Shown: piece by piece, positions 1 through 12,972 of the stretch | Position numbering within the stretch: the first letter of the stretch is position 1 | How the letters are laid out: each line of letters opens with the position of its first letter | Origin: Octopus sinensis | Taxonomy: Eukaryota | Length of the DNA stretch: 64,000 nucleotides | NCBI RefSeq assembly: GCF_006345805.1 | Contig: NC_043005.1 | Location: 57,598,001-57,662,000, forward strand | Direction of reading: 5' to 3' | Program-made: the position numbers and the translations under genes | The notes under the pieces: generated by a model | The model's input: only the letters and a program-made list of their open reading frames with translations | The model's database searches: none | Told to the model about the DNA's origin: nothing

Positions 1-128
1 AGGCGTAATGGCCCAGTGGTTAGGGCAGCGGACTCGTGGTTGTAGGATCGCGGTTTCGATTTCCAGACCGGGCGTTGTGAGTGTTTATTGAGCGAAAACA
101 CCTAAAGCTCCACGAGGCTCCGGCAGGG
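1..128 (+). mobile_element. tRNA-derived SINE head (family 1), truncated
   Basis: A-box-like tggcccagtgg and B-box-like gtttcgattt; near-identical copies at 42721-42830, 51281-51415 and reversed at 40770-40830. Confidence 0.85.
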
Positions 129-130
129 AC

Positions 131-364
131 AGGCGGCAAGCTGGCAGAAACGTTAGCACGCCGGCCGAAATGCTTTGTGGTATTTCGTCTGCGGTTACGT
201 TCTGAGTTCAAATTCCACCGAGGTCGACTTTGCCTTTCATCCTTTCGGGGTCGATAAATTAAGTACCAGTTACCCACTGGGGTCGATGTAATCGACTTAA
301 TCCCTTTGTCTGTCCTTGTTTGTCCCCTCTATGTTTAGCCCCCTTGTGGGCAATAAATAAATAA
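131..364 (+). mobile_element. tRNA-derived SINE (family 2, tail ...ccccttgtgggcaataaa)
   Basis: agctggcagaaacg A-box, gagttcaaattcc B-box, body gtcgactttgcctttcatcctttcggggtcgat recurring more than 10 times in the window. Confidence 0.9.
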
Positions 365-954
365 GAGGATATAGAACCAAACTCGGCTTGAGCAAATATC
401 GAATGATATAAAAGTATATAAAAAGGATATCCTTTAATACATCGCAACTCATTAGCGCTCTTAAGGAGCAATAAGAATATAGGTAAGAAAGGAGAACAAA
501 CTTCAATGGTCAGGTCCGTTTCTCAAATTAAATCATTTCGTATCAAAGGCATATTCATATACAGTATCAATTAAAGTACATATATACAAACCATGAAAGC
601 GTATAATACATGAATGTACCTGTATTAAGACTTTTACGAATCGATGACGAAATTAGACGGTAGGAATCCAAGGAGCAGTGGTATACGATGAATTAGGATG
701 GATCATTAGTGAGTATATATTCTTACGATCGTTTCGAAACTTGTGGTTTGGAATAGGCGACTTTTCCACCCATAACAATTGACCATATTTCTTTCGTTAG
801 AAGTACATTAAAAATTTAAAAGAATTCAAAATATGTAATTTCGAAACATAAAAGCGTTCTAAGACGATATTAACATTTAAAAAAAATATTTCCAAAATTA
901 CTGATGTTGAATCCAGTAATGAACCTATAATGACTACTGGAAACAGCTGTAAGC

Positions 955-1022
<68 letters not shown>

Positions 1023-1500
1023 TACATATATACTAGCATTAAAGACCCGTCGTTGCCGGGTCATAGTGCTAGCGCATGTATATATATATGTATATATATG
1101 TGTAGATAATACATGTACATCTATATATATACATCTACACATAAAATACAAAATACAAAGTTATATCTTGATATCGCTAGTGATAACAATACTCAAAATA
1201 TATAACAGACTGGAATTGTTAGCCCGTCTCTTTTAATTTCGATCAATTGGATCTTGTCCTCCCTCTTGTATAGAAGTTTGGCTACAATCCAGCCTACCTT
1301 ACTTCGGGGGGGAGGGGGGGCATTAAAAATTTATTTTCCGGGACGTCCTACGTCCCAGATATAAAGGTAAAAATAAAATATTTCCACTTTGCACGCTTCG
1401 TTGACTCGGACCTTGCTTCTATTGTGGCGATTTTACCGCCTCTGATTAGATACCTTTCATAGTCGCACCAAGACACATTTCGAAGGTGCTTTCCTCCATA

Positions 1501-3127
1501 TTATTTCTTTATTACCCACCAGGGGCTACGAAGATTGGCTTACATAACAAAACATGGGGGACATAGAACAATATGATTAAATTTATGAGCAAATGAATAT
1601 TAAAATGAAAATGATAATATGAAAGCGATGCTAACGGCCCCCTCCGCCAGCATCACTTACCTGTCCTTTTGTTTTCACTGTCACCTGAATGTTCATTCCC
1701 AATACGAAGACCATCCATATCCATTCCTACTCCGAAACTGTCCTCCATATATTCCACGAATTCATCGCTCATTCTTGTATCTTTCACCTCCCAATTCTCC
1801 CTTTCACACCTCAACACAAACTCATCTATATTCTTCTTTTCCAGCACTGCATATCTGGTCCCATCCATTTCATACCATTCATACTCCTCCATTACCCTTG
1901 TAACTTCTTTCTGTTCAGTTACAATATAAATGTTCGGCCTGGGTTCGTTTTCAAACTCTTATCTCTGTCTGTATTAATATTTTTCTTTTGTTTTCTTGTT
2001 GGAGGGGAGCGGGTGGGTTCACTGTCTGCAGGGGAAGGGTGGGATTCAGAGGGCGTGGGTGGTGTTGGGGTGGGTTGGGGCTTCGCACAGTTTTTCTTTT
2101 TCTTTCTTTTTCTCTTTTTTCTGCCTTCTTCCCACTCTTGTTGCATCTCCTCTTCTTCTGTCGTTTCTTTTTCCGTTTGGTTCTCTTTGGTTTCTTCCTC
2201 TTTTGGGGCGACGATTTCCTTTTCTTTTTCCTTTGGTGGGGGAGGGCAGTAGGCTCTTATGTGACCCCTCAGGCCACACTTGTAGCACCTGGGCGCCCTA
2301 CCCTCCACCCACACTCTCATAATAATATTTCCAGTTTTTATACTGTCCGTAATCCTTTCTATAACTTCCGCCTCCGTCTGTATGTTCATTACTAGTGTGG
2401 CACCTCTCACACCTTCATATTTCATAATGGCGTGGAGGATGTCCACTTTATCTTCATTTCCTTTGATAACCGCAGCCGTTATTAATTCGCCCTCTAGGTG
2501 TGGAGGTATTCCTTCCACCCTAATTCTGGTGGTCCTTCTATTCAAATACGAGGGGAACAAGTAAATCTTTTCTGTACTCACCACCTTGGCTGCTACATTC
2601 CTGGCTGCTTTCTCACTTTTAAATTGTACCGTTATGGTTCCATATTGTAATCCTTTTGTCATGTACACAATTTCTTCTCCTGTCTGTTTGAGAGCCTCTT
2701 CAATTGCTTCCATGTTAATCACTTCCATTTTTCTACCTCCATTCATAAATACTTTATATTTAATGGTTCTACGATGGAACCAGTCTCCGCGCCCTGCTGG
2801 AGGCAACAGCTCTACCTCTCAGTTATCCTCCTCCTTCATGAACTCCTGGAAGCCCGTCAACTTAGCCAGGTCTATCTCTTTTTCTGTTGACTTCTTCGTT
2901 ATACCTGCGTAGGTGCTTTCCATTTTTTTCACCGCCAACTCCTCCTCAGATGTCGCAGAATTTTCAGAGAAATTTCTCCCTTCCATCTCGTCCGTTTGGT
3001 AGAGGCGGCTCATAGTCGCCTCAGACCGAAAAACGGTCTTCCGAACCGAATAAGTACAACGCGCAGAACCAGTGAAACGCGAAACCGCATCAACGACGTT
3101 CAAAATTTCACAACAACAACCATTCAC
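1501..3127 (-). mobile_element. ORF1-only (HAL1-like) non-LTR retroelement of L1/Tx1 type
   Basis: GC-richer 5' UTR, ORF1 with CCHC knuckle, ~150 nt 3' UTR ending gggtaataaagaaataa; no ORF2 between ORF1 and the tail. Confidence 0.65.
1653..3013 (-). pseudogene. Retrotransposon ORF1 (gag-like zinc-knuckle protein), disrupted
   Basis: ORFs 2819-3127 and 1919-2806 are in frame across one TGA at 2819-2821; motif CYKCGLRGHIRAYC (CX2CX4HX4C); probable frameshift near 1960 into ORF 1653-1892. Confidence 0.8.
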
Positions 3128-3726
3128 TTTTTGTTCTTTTTTCTTTTTTAACCGAATTTTACAGAGCGCAAAAAAAAACGCGACCTTTTTTCTCTACATT
3201 GTATACTTTATAGACAATAGTCTTTTCTTTAATTTAATTTTTTATTATCCATCTGGACTATTCCATTTCTGCACGCTAATTTTATTTTTAATTTATTCCC
3301 ATTCATGTGAAACCACTTATTCAAGTTCAAGTCATTGATGCAATTTTATACCAATTGCTATTTTTACTTTTTTTTTATATTACGATTATATTATACTTTA
3401 GTTTGATTTTAATTATTACTTACTACATATAATTCAATTGTAAATATTATTTTTATTGTTAAAGTGAAAGTATCTGACATAAAATAGAGAAATGTTTTTG
3501 TTTCACTTTTAACACGTAATACTGAAATAGTGGAAAAGATATGATATTGCTATGGGCTCGCTCTAGGCAAGAAGTTGAACATTCTTTTTGCCCATGAAAC
3601 TACATGGACCCTAAGTAAGGCATGTGTAAAATTTGAATGAAATTGGTTCTGTAGTTCTCAAGTTTTAGGGAAACACACAGACAGACAGACAGACAGACAG
3701 ACACACATTCTCAGTTTTATATATAT

Positions 3727-3772
<46 letters not shown>

Positions 3773-3814
3773 TATTGTATGATTGAACGCCACGCATCCA
3801 TTTCCAGTAAGTTT

Positions 3815-3891
<77 letters not shown>

Positions 3892-3912
3892 ATATATATA
3901 TATATATATATA

Positions 3913-4655
3913 TCTCAGTTGGAGTGCACACATCAACAATAAGGTCGATATAGCTCGTAGAATGAGTTCCTGGATCTTAAGAACTTTCCGGTCCAGAGAA
4001 CAAGGTGTCATCATACCACTTTTCTCCTCTTTTGTACGGCCACACCTCGAATACTACTGCCCACTGTGGTCTCCCCATACAAGACAAAACATCTCGAGGA
4101 TTGAATCACCCCAGAGGGCACTCACTAAACGAATTGAAGGCATGGCTGCTCTTGATTATTGGGACCGCCTTAAAGCCTTGAAACTCTACTCTCTCCAGCG
4201 TCGCCGTGAGCGGTACATTATTTGTACGATGTGGAGAATATACCGCCAAATTTGCCCAAACGATCTGAACATTAGCTTCAAGGTTCATCTAAGACTGGGA
4301 CCACGGGCAATACGTCCCCTGCCCAATTCAAGATCACAGCATACATGTACACTGCAACATAATTTCTTTTCCTCAACAGGCCCTGCCCTATTAAACTTTA
4401 TCCCGAAAGAGATCAAAGAGGAAAAGGATTCCATCAACTTTAAACGGAGTCTGGATAGATTCCTTCAAGGAATACCAGATAAACCACCCATAATTGGATA
4501 CAACTCACCCAACAAAAACACACTACTTGAATGGACCATAAACAAAACTTGACTTAAACATGATTTAGATAATCCTATCAGGTGGTGCTATTAAGTTAGA
4601 CATGGCCTGGACCAATCTTTGGTTGAAACATGTCTAAGTTTTATCTAAGTTTTAT
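3913..4655 (+). mobile_element. 5'-truncated CR1/L2-group LINE (RT C-terminus plus 3' UTR)
   Basis: LSWSAHI...VRPHLEYYCPLWSPH...IESPQR...DYWDRLKALKLYSLQRRRER; stop at 4552; tandem tail tctaagtttta x2; flanked by (TA)n. Confidence 0.9.
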
Positions 4656-4671
4656 ATACTAATTATAGTAT

Positions 4672-5307
4672 ATAACTAATGTAGGATAAAATTTTTTTCG
4701 GAAAAAAATTTCATCAATGGCCAGCATATCAAAAAATACCTCTAAAGGTTAAATTTATAAATAATTTACAATATAAGGGCAAAAGAAAAATTCTAATGCC
4801 AAATATGCCGAAAAATACAAAATTGTCAATTAACCATTATAATTTATGCGTCTCGAAACAAACCGATAGAAATTTCTTAAAAATTCGTTATTACCGTATT
4901 GGACCAATTTCGGAGTTAATTCATAAGAATTTTCTCCTCTTCAGCGGCAAATACGCGAGATATAAGTGAAATACTTACTCATACCCATGGAAAAAGCAAA
5001 CACCAAGTCCTGAGCAGACCTAAGTACCCCAAATATATCCAAAATAGAAAATCTTCGGCACGTTTCGAGACACGTGTGATTCGAACAAGAAACTTTCACA
5101 GAGTGATAGAATCCCGAAGTGAACACAATTCAAATTTATAACTAATTATAGGATAAGATTTTTTTTTCGGGAAAAAAATTTATCAATTTTAGAAATTTCT
5201 ATCGGTTTGTTTCGAGACGCATAAATTATAATGGTTAATTGACAATTTTGTCTTTTTCGGCATATTTGGCATTAGAATTTTTCTTTTGCTCTTATATTGT
5301 AAATTAT
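4672..5307 (-). mobile_element. Non-coding Penelope-like element (partial tandem plus inverted fragment)
   Basis: Direct repeat 4672-4718 vs 5140-5187; 4761-4877 is the reverse complement of 5191-5307; related sequence at 55720-55815. Confidence 0.65.
4896..4954 (-). ncRNA. Hammerhead ribozyme motif, stem I degenerate
   Basis: Minus strand: CTGAAGA ggag..ctcc GAAA ttgg TC caatac. Confidence 0.6.
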
Positions 5308-5849
5308 ATATATATATATATATATAATAGTGAGGAATTATAAATCCGAGCAAAAGTCTGGCACACCAGACTAACAATATTACCTAGATTAGTGAAGAAC
5401 TGCGAGTAATCTTTTGGTAGGGTCCCGAGTTATAGTTCATCACAATTCGGTATTGTAAATCCGTGGATGGGCTGCAGATAACTGGTTTTTACAGAGTGAC
5501 ATATAAGAAACAATTTATAAATAATTATCATTACATATAATTCCTTTATTAAAGCATATTTGTAGTCATTATAGGCTCATTATTGATAGGTTTACTCAAT
5601 TGGTCTAATGATCAATTATGGTAAATTGAACGCTACTAAGAAAATTAACGCTACTTTTATCAGCACCATTGCTGGAAATCCAGTAATGTACCTCTAATGG
5701 CTACTGGAAACAGCTGTAAGCCAAATTTCGTCTAATAAAGGAATTATATATAGTGACCATTATTTTTAACTTGCTTATATATATATATATAAATCTCTGT
5801 GTGTGTGTATGTGTGTGTGTGTGTGTGTGTGTAAATGTATATGCATACA

Positions 5850-6010
5850 CGATGGGTTTCTTTCAGTTTCCATCTACCAATTCCACTCTAAAGGCTTTGG
5901 TCGGTCCGAGGCTATAGTAGAAGACAATTGCCTAAGGTGCCACGCGGTGGGATTGAATTTTGGTCCATGTGATTGGGAAACAAGCTACTTACCGCATAGC
6001 TACGTCTGTA
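5850..6010 (-). mobile_element. tRNA-derived SINE (family 3)
   Basis: ctttcagtttccatctaccaa...gaggctatagtagaagac; copies at 24743-24907, 33920, 38922, 63866. Confidence 0.85.
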
Positions 6011-6933
6011 TAACAGATACTAAGAAGACTGGTGGTGGTACGCATTGGCAAAACTTGTAGTAATGGGGAAAAGCGACAGAAAGTGTATAATGAAGTTGCC
6101 GGGGAAGTGGATATCATACGTTCCGGATAGACTCCTTCCTCAGGGTTAAGGTAACACGAAAAGTGGGCTTGGGGAGCAGAAGAGTTTTATATATCGTCAT
6201 ATTTGAAACTCACAGGAAATACTTTTAAGAAAAGATTCACACAACATTTTATCCCTTTATTTTGTGAGAGATGTGGTTGCAATTTTTACTTGATATTTTA
6301 ACCAAGTTGATAGTCACTCGTTAGCTCGTTAAGATGGAGGTTAAGTCTTGTGAGATATAATGTACTCTTACTGTACTCTTTAAATTTCTCGAATAACGAA
6401 GATTCCGTATTCTGAGAACCAAGTGTACCTTCGCTGAGATTTAGACGGCACTAATAAGAACAATATTAACAGAGAGGAATCAACGTAAAAGCCTTCAAAT
6501 AGTCATTGGGTTTGTTAGAAATGGCAACACAATATCCCTCAAATCACAAGTCATTGTTTTCAAAATCTGGGGATTTTGAAATCTTTCGTCCCGGGTATAA
6601 TGCTTTACGCTCTAAATCCAAACTTTGTCCTCCGGTCATCCGGGTCGACAAAATAAAGCACTGGTCAAATACTGAAGACCAGTCTGATATTCCTATAAAG
6701 CATCATATGTGGAAAATAAAATAGACGAGAGGGAAGCCGGGGAGAAAGAGAAAAAGAGAAAAGAGAAAAGAGAGAAGAGGAAAAAGAAGAAGAGGAAGAG
6801 GAGGAGGAGGAAGGAAAGGAGGAAGAGGAAGGAGGAGGAAGGAGGAGGCGGCGGCGGTGGTGGTGTTGATCTCGAATTCGATCATGCGTCAATCAAGAGC
6901 CAAGCTCATTAACAATAGCAGCGGCAAGGAATA

Positions 6934-7165
6934 TATTTCTTTATTGCCCACAAGGGGCTAAACATAGAGGGGACAAACAAAGACAGACAAAGGGATTAAG
7001 TCAACTACATCGACCCCAGTGCGCAACTGGTACTTTATTTATCGACCCCGAAAGGATGAAAGGCAAAGTCGACCTCGGCGGTGTTTGAACCCAGAACGTA
7101 ACGACAGACGAAATACTGCTGAGCATTTCGCCCGGCGTGCTAACGATTCTGCCAGCTCGCCGCCT
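6934..7165 (-). mobile_element. Full-length family 2 SINE with 18-bp target-site duplication
   Basis: TSD tagcagcggcaaggaata at 6916-6933 and 7166-7183. Confidence 0.95.
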
Positions 7166-7898
7166 TAGCAGCGGCAAGGAATAGTCGGAAATTAGACTTC
7201 ATGAAGGTTTCGCATATTTTTATTGCTCTGTATGCAGACTGAATGTAAATTAGGCATAGTAACTACCTTTCTGTTTCGGTATCCGAATTGTCCAAGTTTC
7301 TGGTTAAAACATTTGCTAATTTAGTCAGTCACACAGGGTAGTTAATTCTGGTAATTATAAGATGTAAGTTAAGGTACCAAAGTAATCATAGAGCGTAAAT
7401 TGTTGTAATTAAACAAAGAAAAACGTGGCGATGATATAATTAGTAAATCAGTATTTAAACGCTGAACTATAATTTCGGTGGATAATATTTGAAATTATGA
7501 ATTAGATATCAAAGTGTATACTATATTAAAGATATTTCCTGCAACATAATTATGTTTAATCCGACATTTCAAAATTGGTGTCGAATCAATTAGTTACAGA
7601 CAGTGCTAAATGACCCAAATGGCGCAGTTCCAACGAAAGAAGATCTATGTCACAGTTTCTTCAAGTAGGTCCCGAGAAACTTTGTTTTTTCGTGAGACAT
7701 TTCTGGGTCCCACAGAATAAAATTTCATTTTATGAAAGAAAAAAGTAAAAGAAAAAAAAAATAAAGAAATGGTATTTACTGTTTCAAAATAAAGTACGTC
7801 CATTTCTTGTCAAGCAAGGAGAAATATGTGAAAGCGACACATATGTCTAGGGAAACATTTTGACAAATCAATCACTCAGTCAATCAATTGATTAATAA

Positions 7899-8528
7899 TC
7901 CTTTCTACTAGAAGCACAAAGCCTGAGATTTGTGGGGAGGGGACTAGTCGATTACATCGATCCCCAGTGTTTCACTGGTACTTAATTATCGACCCTGAAA
8001 GGATGAAAGGCAAAGTCGACCTCAACGGAGTTTGAACTCAGAACGTAGCGGGACACGAAATACCTATTTCTTTACTACCCACAAGGGGCTAAACACCGAG
8101 AGGACAAACAAGGACAGATAAACGGATTAAGTCGATTATATCGACCCTAGTGCGTAACTGGTACTTATTTAATCGCCCCCGAAAGGATGAAAGGCAAAGT
8201 CGACCTGGGCGGAATTTGAACTCAGAACGTAGCGGCAGACGAAATACTACTACGCATTTCGCCCGGCGTGCTAACGATTCTGCCAGCTTGTCGCCTTAAT
8301 TCATTGATTAATAATGTTTTCAAATTTTAGCACAAGGCCGGCAAATTCGGGAAGTGGATAAGTCGATTACTGCGACCTCCACCTCCCACTACTCATCTGG
8401 TACGTATTTTATCGGCTCCAATAGGCAAAGTCGACCTGGGCAGAATTTGAACTCAGAAAGTAAAGATGGACGAAATGTCACTAAATATTTCCCCCGGATT
8501 GCTAACGATACTGCGAGCTCACTGCCAT
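7899..8528 (-). mobile_element. Cluster of three family 2 SINE units (dimer plus monomer)
   Basis: Three copies of aaggcaaagtcgacct; attgattaataat-like repeats border the dimer and the monomer. Confidence 0.85.
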
Positions 8529-8559
8529 AATTAGTTGATTAATAATAAAAGTAAACTGC

Positions 8560-8840
8560 AGGTAGTTAGTGCTTAGAGTATTTGGCTGACTATCGTAAAG
8601 TCGTGTTTGATTCCCGGCGGCGCGTTATGTCTTTGAACAAGACGCTTATGTGCTGTACATGTTTTTCAAAGGGCTAGCCTAATCATATTCTGTGTCACAC
8701 TGAATCTCCTGGAGAACTACGTGAAAGACACTCGTGTCTGTAAAGTGCTCAGCCATTTTCGCATTAATTTCACGAGCAGTCTGTTCTATTGACTGGATTA
8801 AGAGGAACCCCCCTCTCGTCATTACCAACGAAGTGCCAGC
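8560..8840 (+). mobile_element. SINE family 4 (tRNA head, tail tgtcacactgaatctcc...cgtcattaccaacga)
   Basis: Reverse copies of the tail at 40520-40680, 53995-54120 and 56080-56215. Confidence 0.75.
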
Positions 8841-10001
8841 TATACATATGTTTATATGTCTACACAGGTGTATATGCACTTGTTGGTGGCTAAACTTCTG
8901 GAATACTTTACATATTTTCCACTGTTCCATTAATGACTTATAACTGTTATTCCTTAATTAACTGCGTTCTTATTAGCTTTCTGGAGCCTGGCTTCCCAAG
9001 ACTGGCAAATAGAAAGTTTGTTACTTAAACGCTGTAATCAACTAGACCGTCCTCCATCTCCGCAAAAAAATTCAGGCCTTGTGTTTATAGGAGAATGGAT
9101 TAATTTTACTGGGTATATTATAAGTGTGAAAGTGCCCGGCCTAGTTATTAGAGTCTTGTGTTCATGATCATAAGGAAGTGAGTTCGATTCTTAACTCGAG
9201 TGGCACGTTGTACCTTTCAGCAAGGTTCTTCATTTCACATTACTGCTATCTTTTCAACTGAAAATGAGTACCAGCCCAGACTTGTGTCTACACTCTCTCC
9301 CTCTCACACGTCCTCGGGGTTCCGGTGACCCGCTGGGAGAAAAGCCGAGACGGTGTCTATATCAGCTCACGATTACACAGGCACCTAAAACAATTGGCGA
9401 ATGCATGGTATGTGCAACCAAGTTGCATACCATTGGGGTTTTAACTTACATGTATGAAATATATGTGTGGCCGATGTGTATGCGTGCGGGTGTGTGAGTG
9501 TATGAGTGCTTGTGTGTAAGGGTGTGTGAGTATGTGTGTTTGTGTGTGTGTATGTGTGTTTCTGGGTGGGTGTATATGTGTGTGTGTATTTGTGTGTAAG
9601 CGTGTGTGTATGTGTATTTGTATGTGTTTGTGTGTGTGTGTTCGTGGGTGTGTGAATGTGTGTGTGCTTGAGTGTAAGTGTGTGTGTGTGTGTGTGTGTG
9701 TTGTGTGTAAGTGTGTGTAAGTGTGTGTAAGTGTGTGTGTGTGCGGGTATGCTTGCTGTGTGATCTGAGGCATATATGTATATGAATGTATGCGTATATG
9801 TTTGTAAGTGAGAAAATCTGAAACTATAGGACAAGTTCAGCGGATACAAACGTTATCCTATCCAGAACATTCTCCTCCATGAACAGTCCATCCCCACCTC
9901 CACCTTCACACTTTTATTTTCTTCTCAGTTTACTAGAAGAGACTTCAGGAATCCTAACAATTTTTTTGTTTCCGAGTGGCAATTTCACAACCACAGCACC
10001 A

Positions 10002-10065
<64 letters not shown>

Positions 10066-10101
10066 TATATATGTATATGTATATATGTGTGTGTGTATGT
10101 A

Positions 10102-10174
<73 letters not shown>

Positions 10175-10310
10175 CAATAATAATAATGAGTAAAATTAAT
10201 TAATTAATTAATTAATTAATTAATAATTAATAATTTTACCAAGTAGTTCGGTATGTTAAAAGAACCATTATCGGTAAACTTAAACAAAAATTCTATAATT
10301 ATGTGTATAA

Positions 10311-10529
10311 TTATAATTAGGGTTCAACAAAATTTGCTTCACCACATACCGAAATTTAGAAATAGCAGTTAAAAACTACTATTTCTCTACTATAAGTAAA
10401 ATCTCCCAGACCGCAATATTCAACAAGTTGTTGAGTATTGTCATCTGGGAGATTTTCTTATGGTAGTTTAACTGCTATTTCTAAATTTCGGTATGTGGTG
10501 AAGCAAATTTTGCTGAACCCTAATTATGA
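10311..10529. repeat. Long imperfect palindrome (fold-back element)
   Basis: 10311-10378 is the reverse complement of 10463-10529; central hairpin aaatctcccaga..tctgggagattt. Confidence 0.85.
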
Positions 10530-10534
10530 TTATA

Positions 10535-10574
<40 letters not shown>

Positions 10575-10799
10575 AATATTATTTTATTCCCTTAGTTTTA
10601 TACGCTTATACTTTTATCGCTTTCAAACTATTTTCCATTAGAAGCAATGCATCTGTAAGGTGCGTTTTTCACTGTTTGAAGCAGCCCTGGAACTCTTGTG
10701 AAGTGGTACCTATTAACAAATCCATCGTTTTTTCTTCAGCTCTTCCACATCTGCAAAATGTTTTCCGTTAAGAACTTTTTACATTCAGTGGGAACACTT

Positions 10800-11230
10800 A
10801 GATATTCCTTTGCCTGTTTTGTTATTGAGTAAGATGCTTTCTTGTTTTCATGCTTTGAAACAAGTTTTAACATCTAGTCCTCAAAGTTTTTCTGGTAGGT
10901 GTTTAGGCCAATTGTGGCAATGATCATTGTTAATTCCAGTTGTAAAAGTCCACGGCCACCCTCTTTTCTTGGCAAGTAAAGTCATTCTATATTTTCCATA
11001 GAGTGGCGCATTCTATGCATTGTCAACAATTTTCGTATTTTTCTGTCAAAATTACGTATTTCAGTATTTGACTAGTTAATGATATTGAAACTATAAGTCA
11101 GGATCTGTATGGCTAAAGTATTGATCGCTTCGATCTTGTATCTTGCATTCACCTCTGTCTTAAGTATTGCCCTTACCCTGCGATAACATTCTCTTTTGAT
11201 CCTTTCCCGCATCGCTGAATGTTTGATTCC
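10800..11230 (-). pseudogene. R4/Dong-type non-LTR RT fragment
   Basis: Manual translation: ECYRRVRAILKTEVNARYKIEAINTLA...DRKIRKLLTMHRM...LYLPRKEGGRGL. Confidence 0.8.
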
Positions 11231-11587
11231 TAACTTGTTCACTAATTAACGAATCAATTACGTGATCAATCAATCAGAAAAACTGACAGAAAATAACAAA
11301 CAGTTTGTGTTAGCACGGAGAAGGACAGACGAGGTCAGAGCCGATGACAAACAGACTCTAACGAATCAAATAATTGTTTGAAGAAACCATTGATCAAGTA
11401 ATTGATTAATCAATTTGTTAACTTTTCCAGTAATCATAATAATAAGAAATTAAATACATTCACTACGTATGGTTATATGTATATGTGGTGTGTGCATGTA
11501 TATGTATATATATTAATAATGATTAGAAGAACGGAGATTTTTCACATCTGTAATTTTATTTAACAGCTATTTACGACATCCTTTACT

Positions 11588-11673
11588 GGACCTACACGCA
11601 TTTCACCTGCACCAACTGCACATTCTTGGATATGCAACCTAGTGTCATGGTCGGTATAGTTTCATCAGGGTCC
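11588..11673 (-). ncRNA. Hammerhead ribozyme motif
   Basis: ggacc CTGATGA ...long stem II... GAAA tgcgtg TA ggtcc; stem I ggacc/ggtcc is perfect; a decayed relative lies at 30528-30614. Confidence 0.7.
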
Positions 11674-11764
11674 TTACTCTCTGTCATTTCGAAGTTAAAC
11701 TGAAGGAATCAGTAACTGAATAAAGTGGTTTTTAGGAGGTATGGGTGCTACTATTAATAGCTGT

Positions 11765-12205
11765 ATCGACCTCCATTGTTGATGCCGTAATGTCGGTGGT
11801 GTGTAGTCCACTGTAGTCGTGCCTGACGGTAGCGGGCGGTGAGTACAGGCCCTCGAGCAGGATGACGGCCAACGCAGTTTGTTGGCAGCCAGTTGACGTC
11901 GTACCGTGTCGTCGCTGATGGGTCGCTGTCCAATGCCATGGTCTCGCGAGCTGTCACGCTGGCCGGTCTGAAGCAATCACGGAGGTGTTGCAGGTGGATG
12001 ATGCGGTCCTACCTTGACGTGGTCACCCGGGGGCGCCCTCTGCGGGCACGGTCTGCAGTGCTGTTGGTATTGTATCACTGTTGCAGGCAGTAGGTGGTGC
12101 TGACATGGACAGGACATTGTAAGCTTTTGCAACAACCAGGGCACGCTGCCTTGATAGCAATTGACCGATAGCTTGTTCTCTCTGCGCTCCTGACAGTCGA
12201 TTCAT
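11765..12205 (-). pseudogene. Tc1-family transposase N-terminal fragment
   Basis: MNRLSGAQREQAIGQL...RPRVTT...ISDDTVRRQL...RPARGPVLTARYRQARLQW, read across frameshifts. Confidence 0.8.
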
Positions 12206-12389
12206 ACTCGATGCGTCCAAATTACGAATGCCAGGAACACGGTTCAAGTTGATTTTTATACACATAGCCTCCACGAGATGCATGTGCATTTCGGTTTTCA
12301 TGACAATTGTTTGCGACTGCCACTCACGACATTCAACGCAGCTGCATTTTGGCATCTCGTTTCAGGGAAATTTAAAGGTTACCTGCAAT

Positions 12390-12972
12390 TTGATGAAAAT
12401 TTTTGATGGATGCAACCGGTCTGATCCAGTTTCTACCGGTCTGATCTGCTTTGGAATGGTTTGAACTAGTCTGAAGCAGTTTGTACGGGTTAGGTCAATC
12501 ATCATATTTTAATCAATCATCATATTTTAATCAAACATTTTCAATCATCATATTTTAATCAAGCATTTTCATCAAACATTTTCATCAAATATCTTCATCA
12601 AACATTTTCATCAAACATTTTCATCAAGCATTTTCATCAAACCAGTCCAAACCAGTTCAGACTGGACCAGACCAGTTGAAACCATTTGAAATCAGACCAA
12701 TCCAAACCAAATCAGACTAGTTCAAACAGGATCAGACCAGTTCGAGTTGTTTGATGAAAATGTTTGATGAAATACTTGATGAAGATGAGATGTTTGATGA
12801 AAATGTTTCATGATGTTTCGTAGAAATGTTTAATGTAGATGTTTGATGAAGTTGTTTGATGGAGATGTTTGATGAATGCGACCGGTCTGATCCGATTTCG
12901 ACTGGTCTGGACTAGTCTAAATGGGTTTTGACCGGTCTTATCCGTTTTCGACCGGTCTAAACTAGTTTGTTC
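12390..12972. repeat. Compound fold-back satellite (13-mer and ~10-mer arrays in both orientations)
   Basis: catcaaacatttt units at 12540-12640 vs aaaatgtttgatg at 12750-12875; accggtctg / cagaccag blocks. Confidence 0.8.

Larger units (their letters stand above)
1033..3729 (-). mobile_element. Non-autonomous Helitron-like element hosting a nested retroelement
   Basis: On the minus strand: 5' TC(TA)n, (TCTG)n tract at 3678-3705, 3' hairpin gacccg..cgggtc then CTAG; same layout as 31696-32220. Confidence 0.6.

Noticed and set aside
1-75. tRNA gene (also at 33150-33222 and 51281-51355)
   Set aside because: tRNA-like heads run into multi-copy SINE bodies and lack a clean cloverleaf
2819-2821. 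Programmed readthrough or selenocysteine at the in-frame TGA in ORF1
   Set aside because: The element also has a frameshift; a TGG-to-TGA decay mutation is simpler
3779-3912. N-terminus of the 257-aa ORF
   Set aside because: Chance in-frame (TATC)n/(TA)n upstream of a truncated LINE
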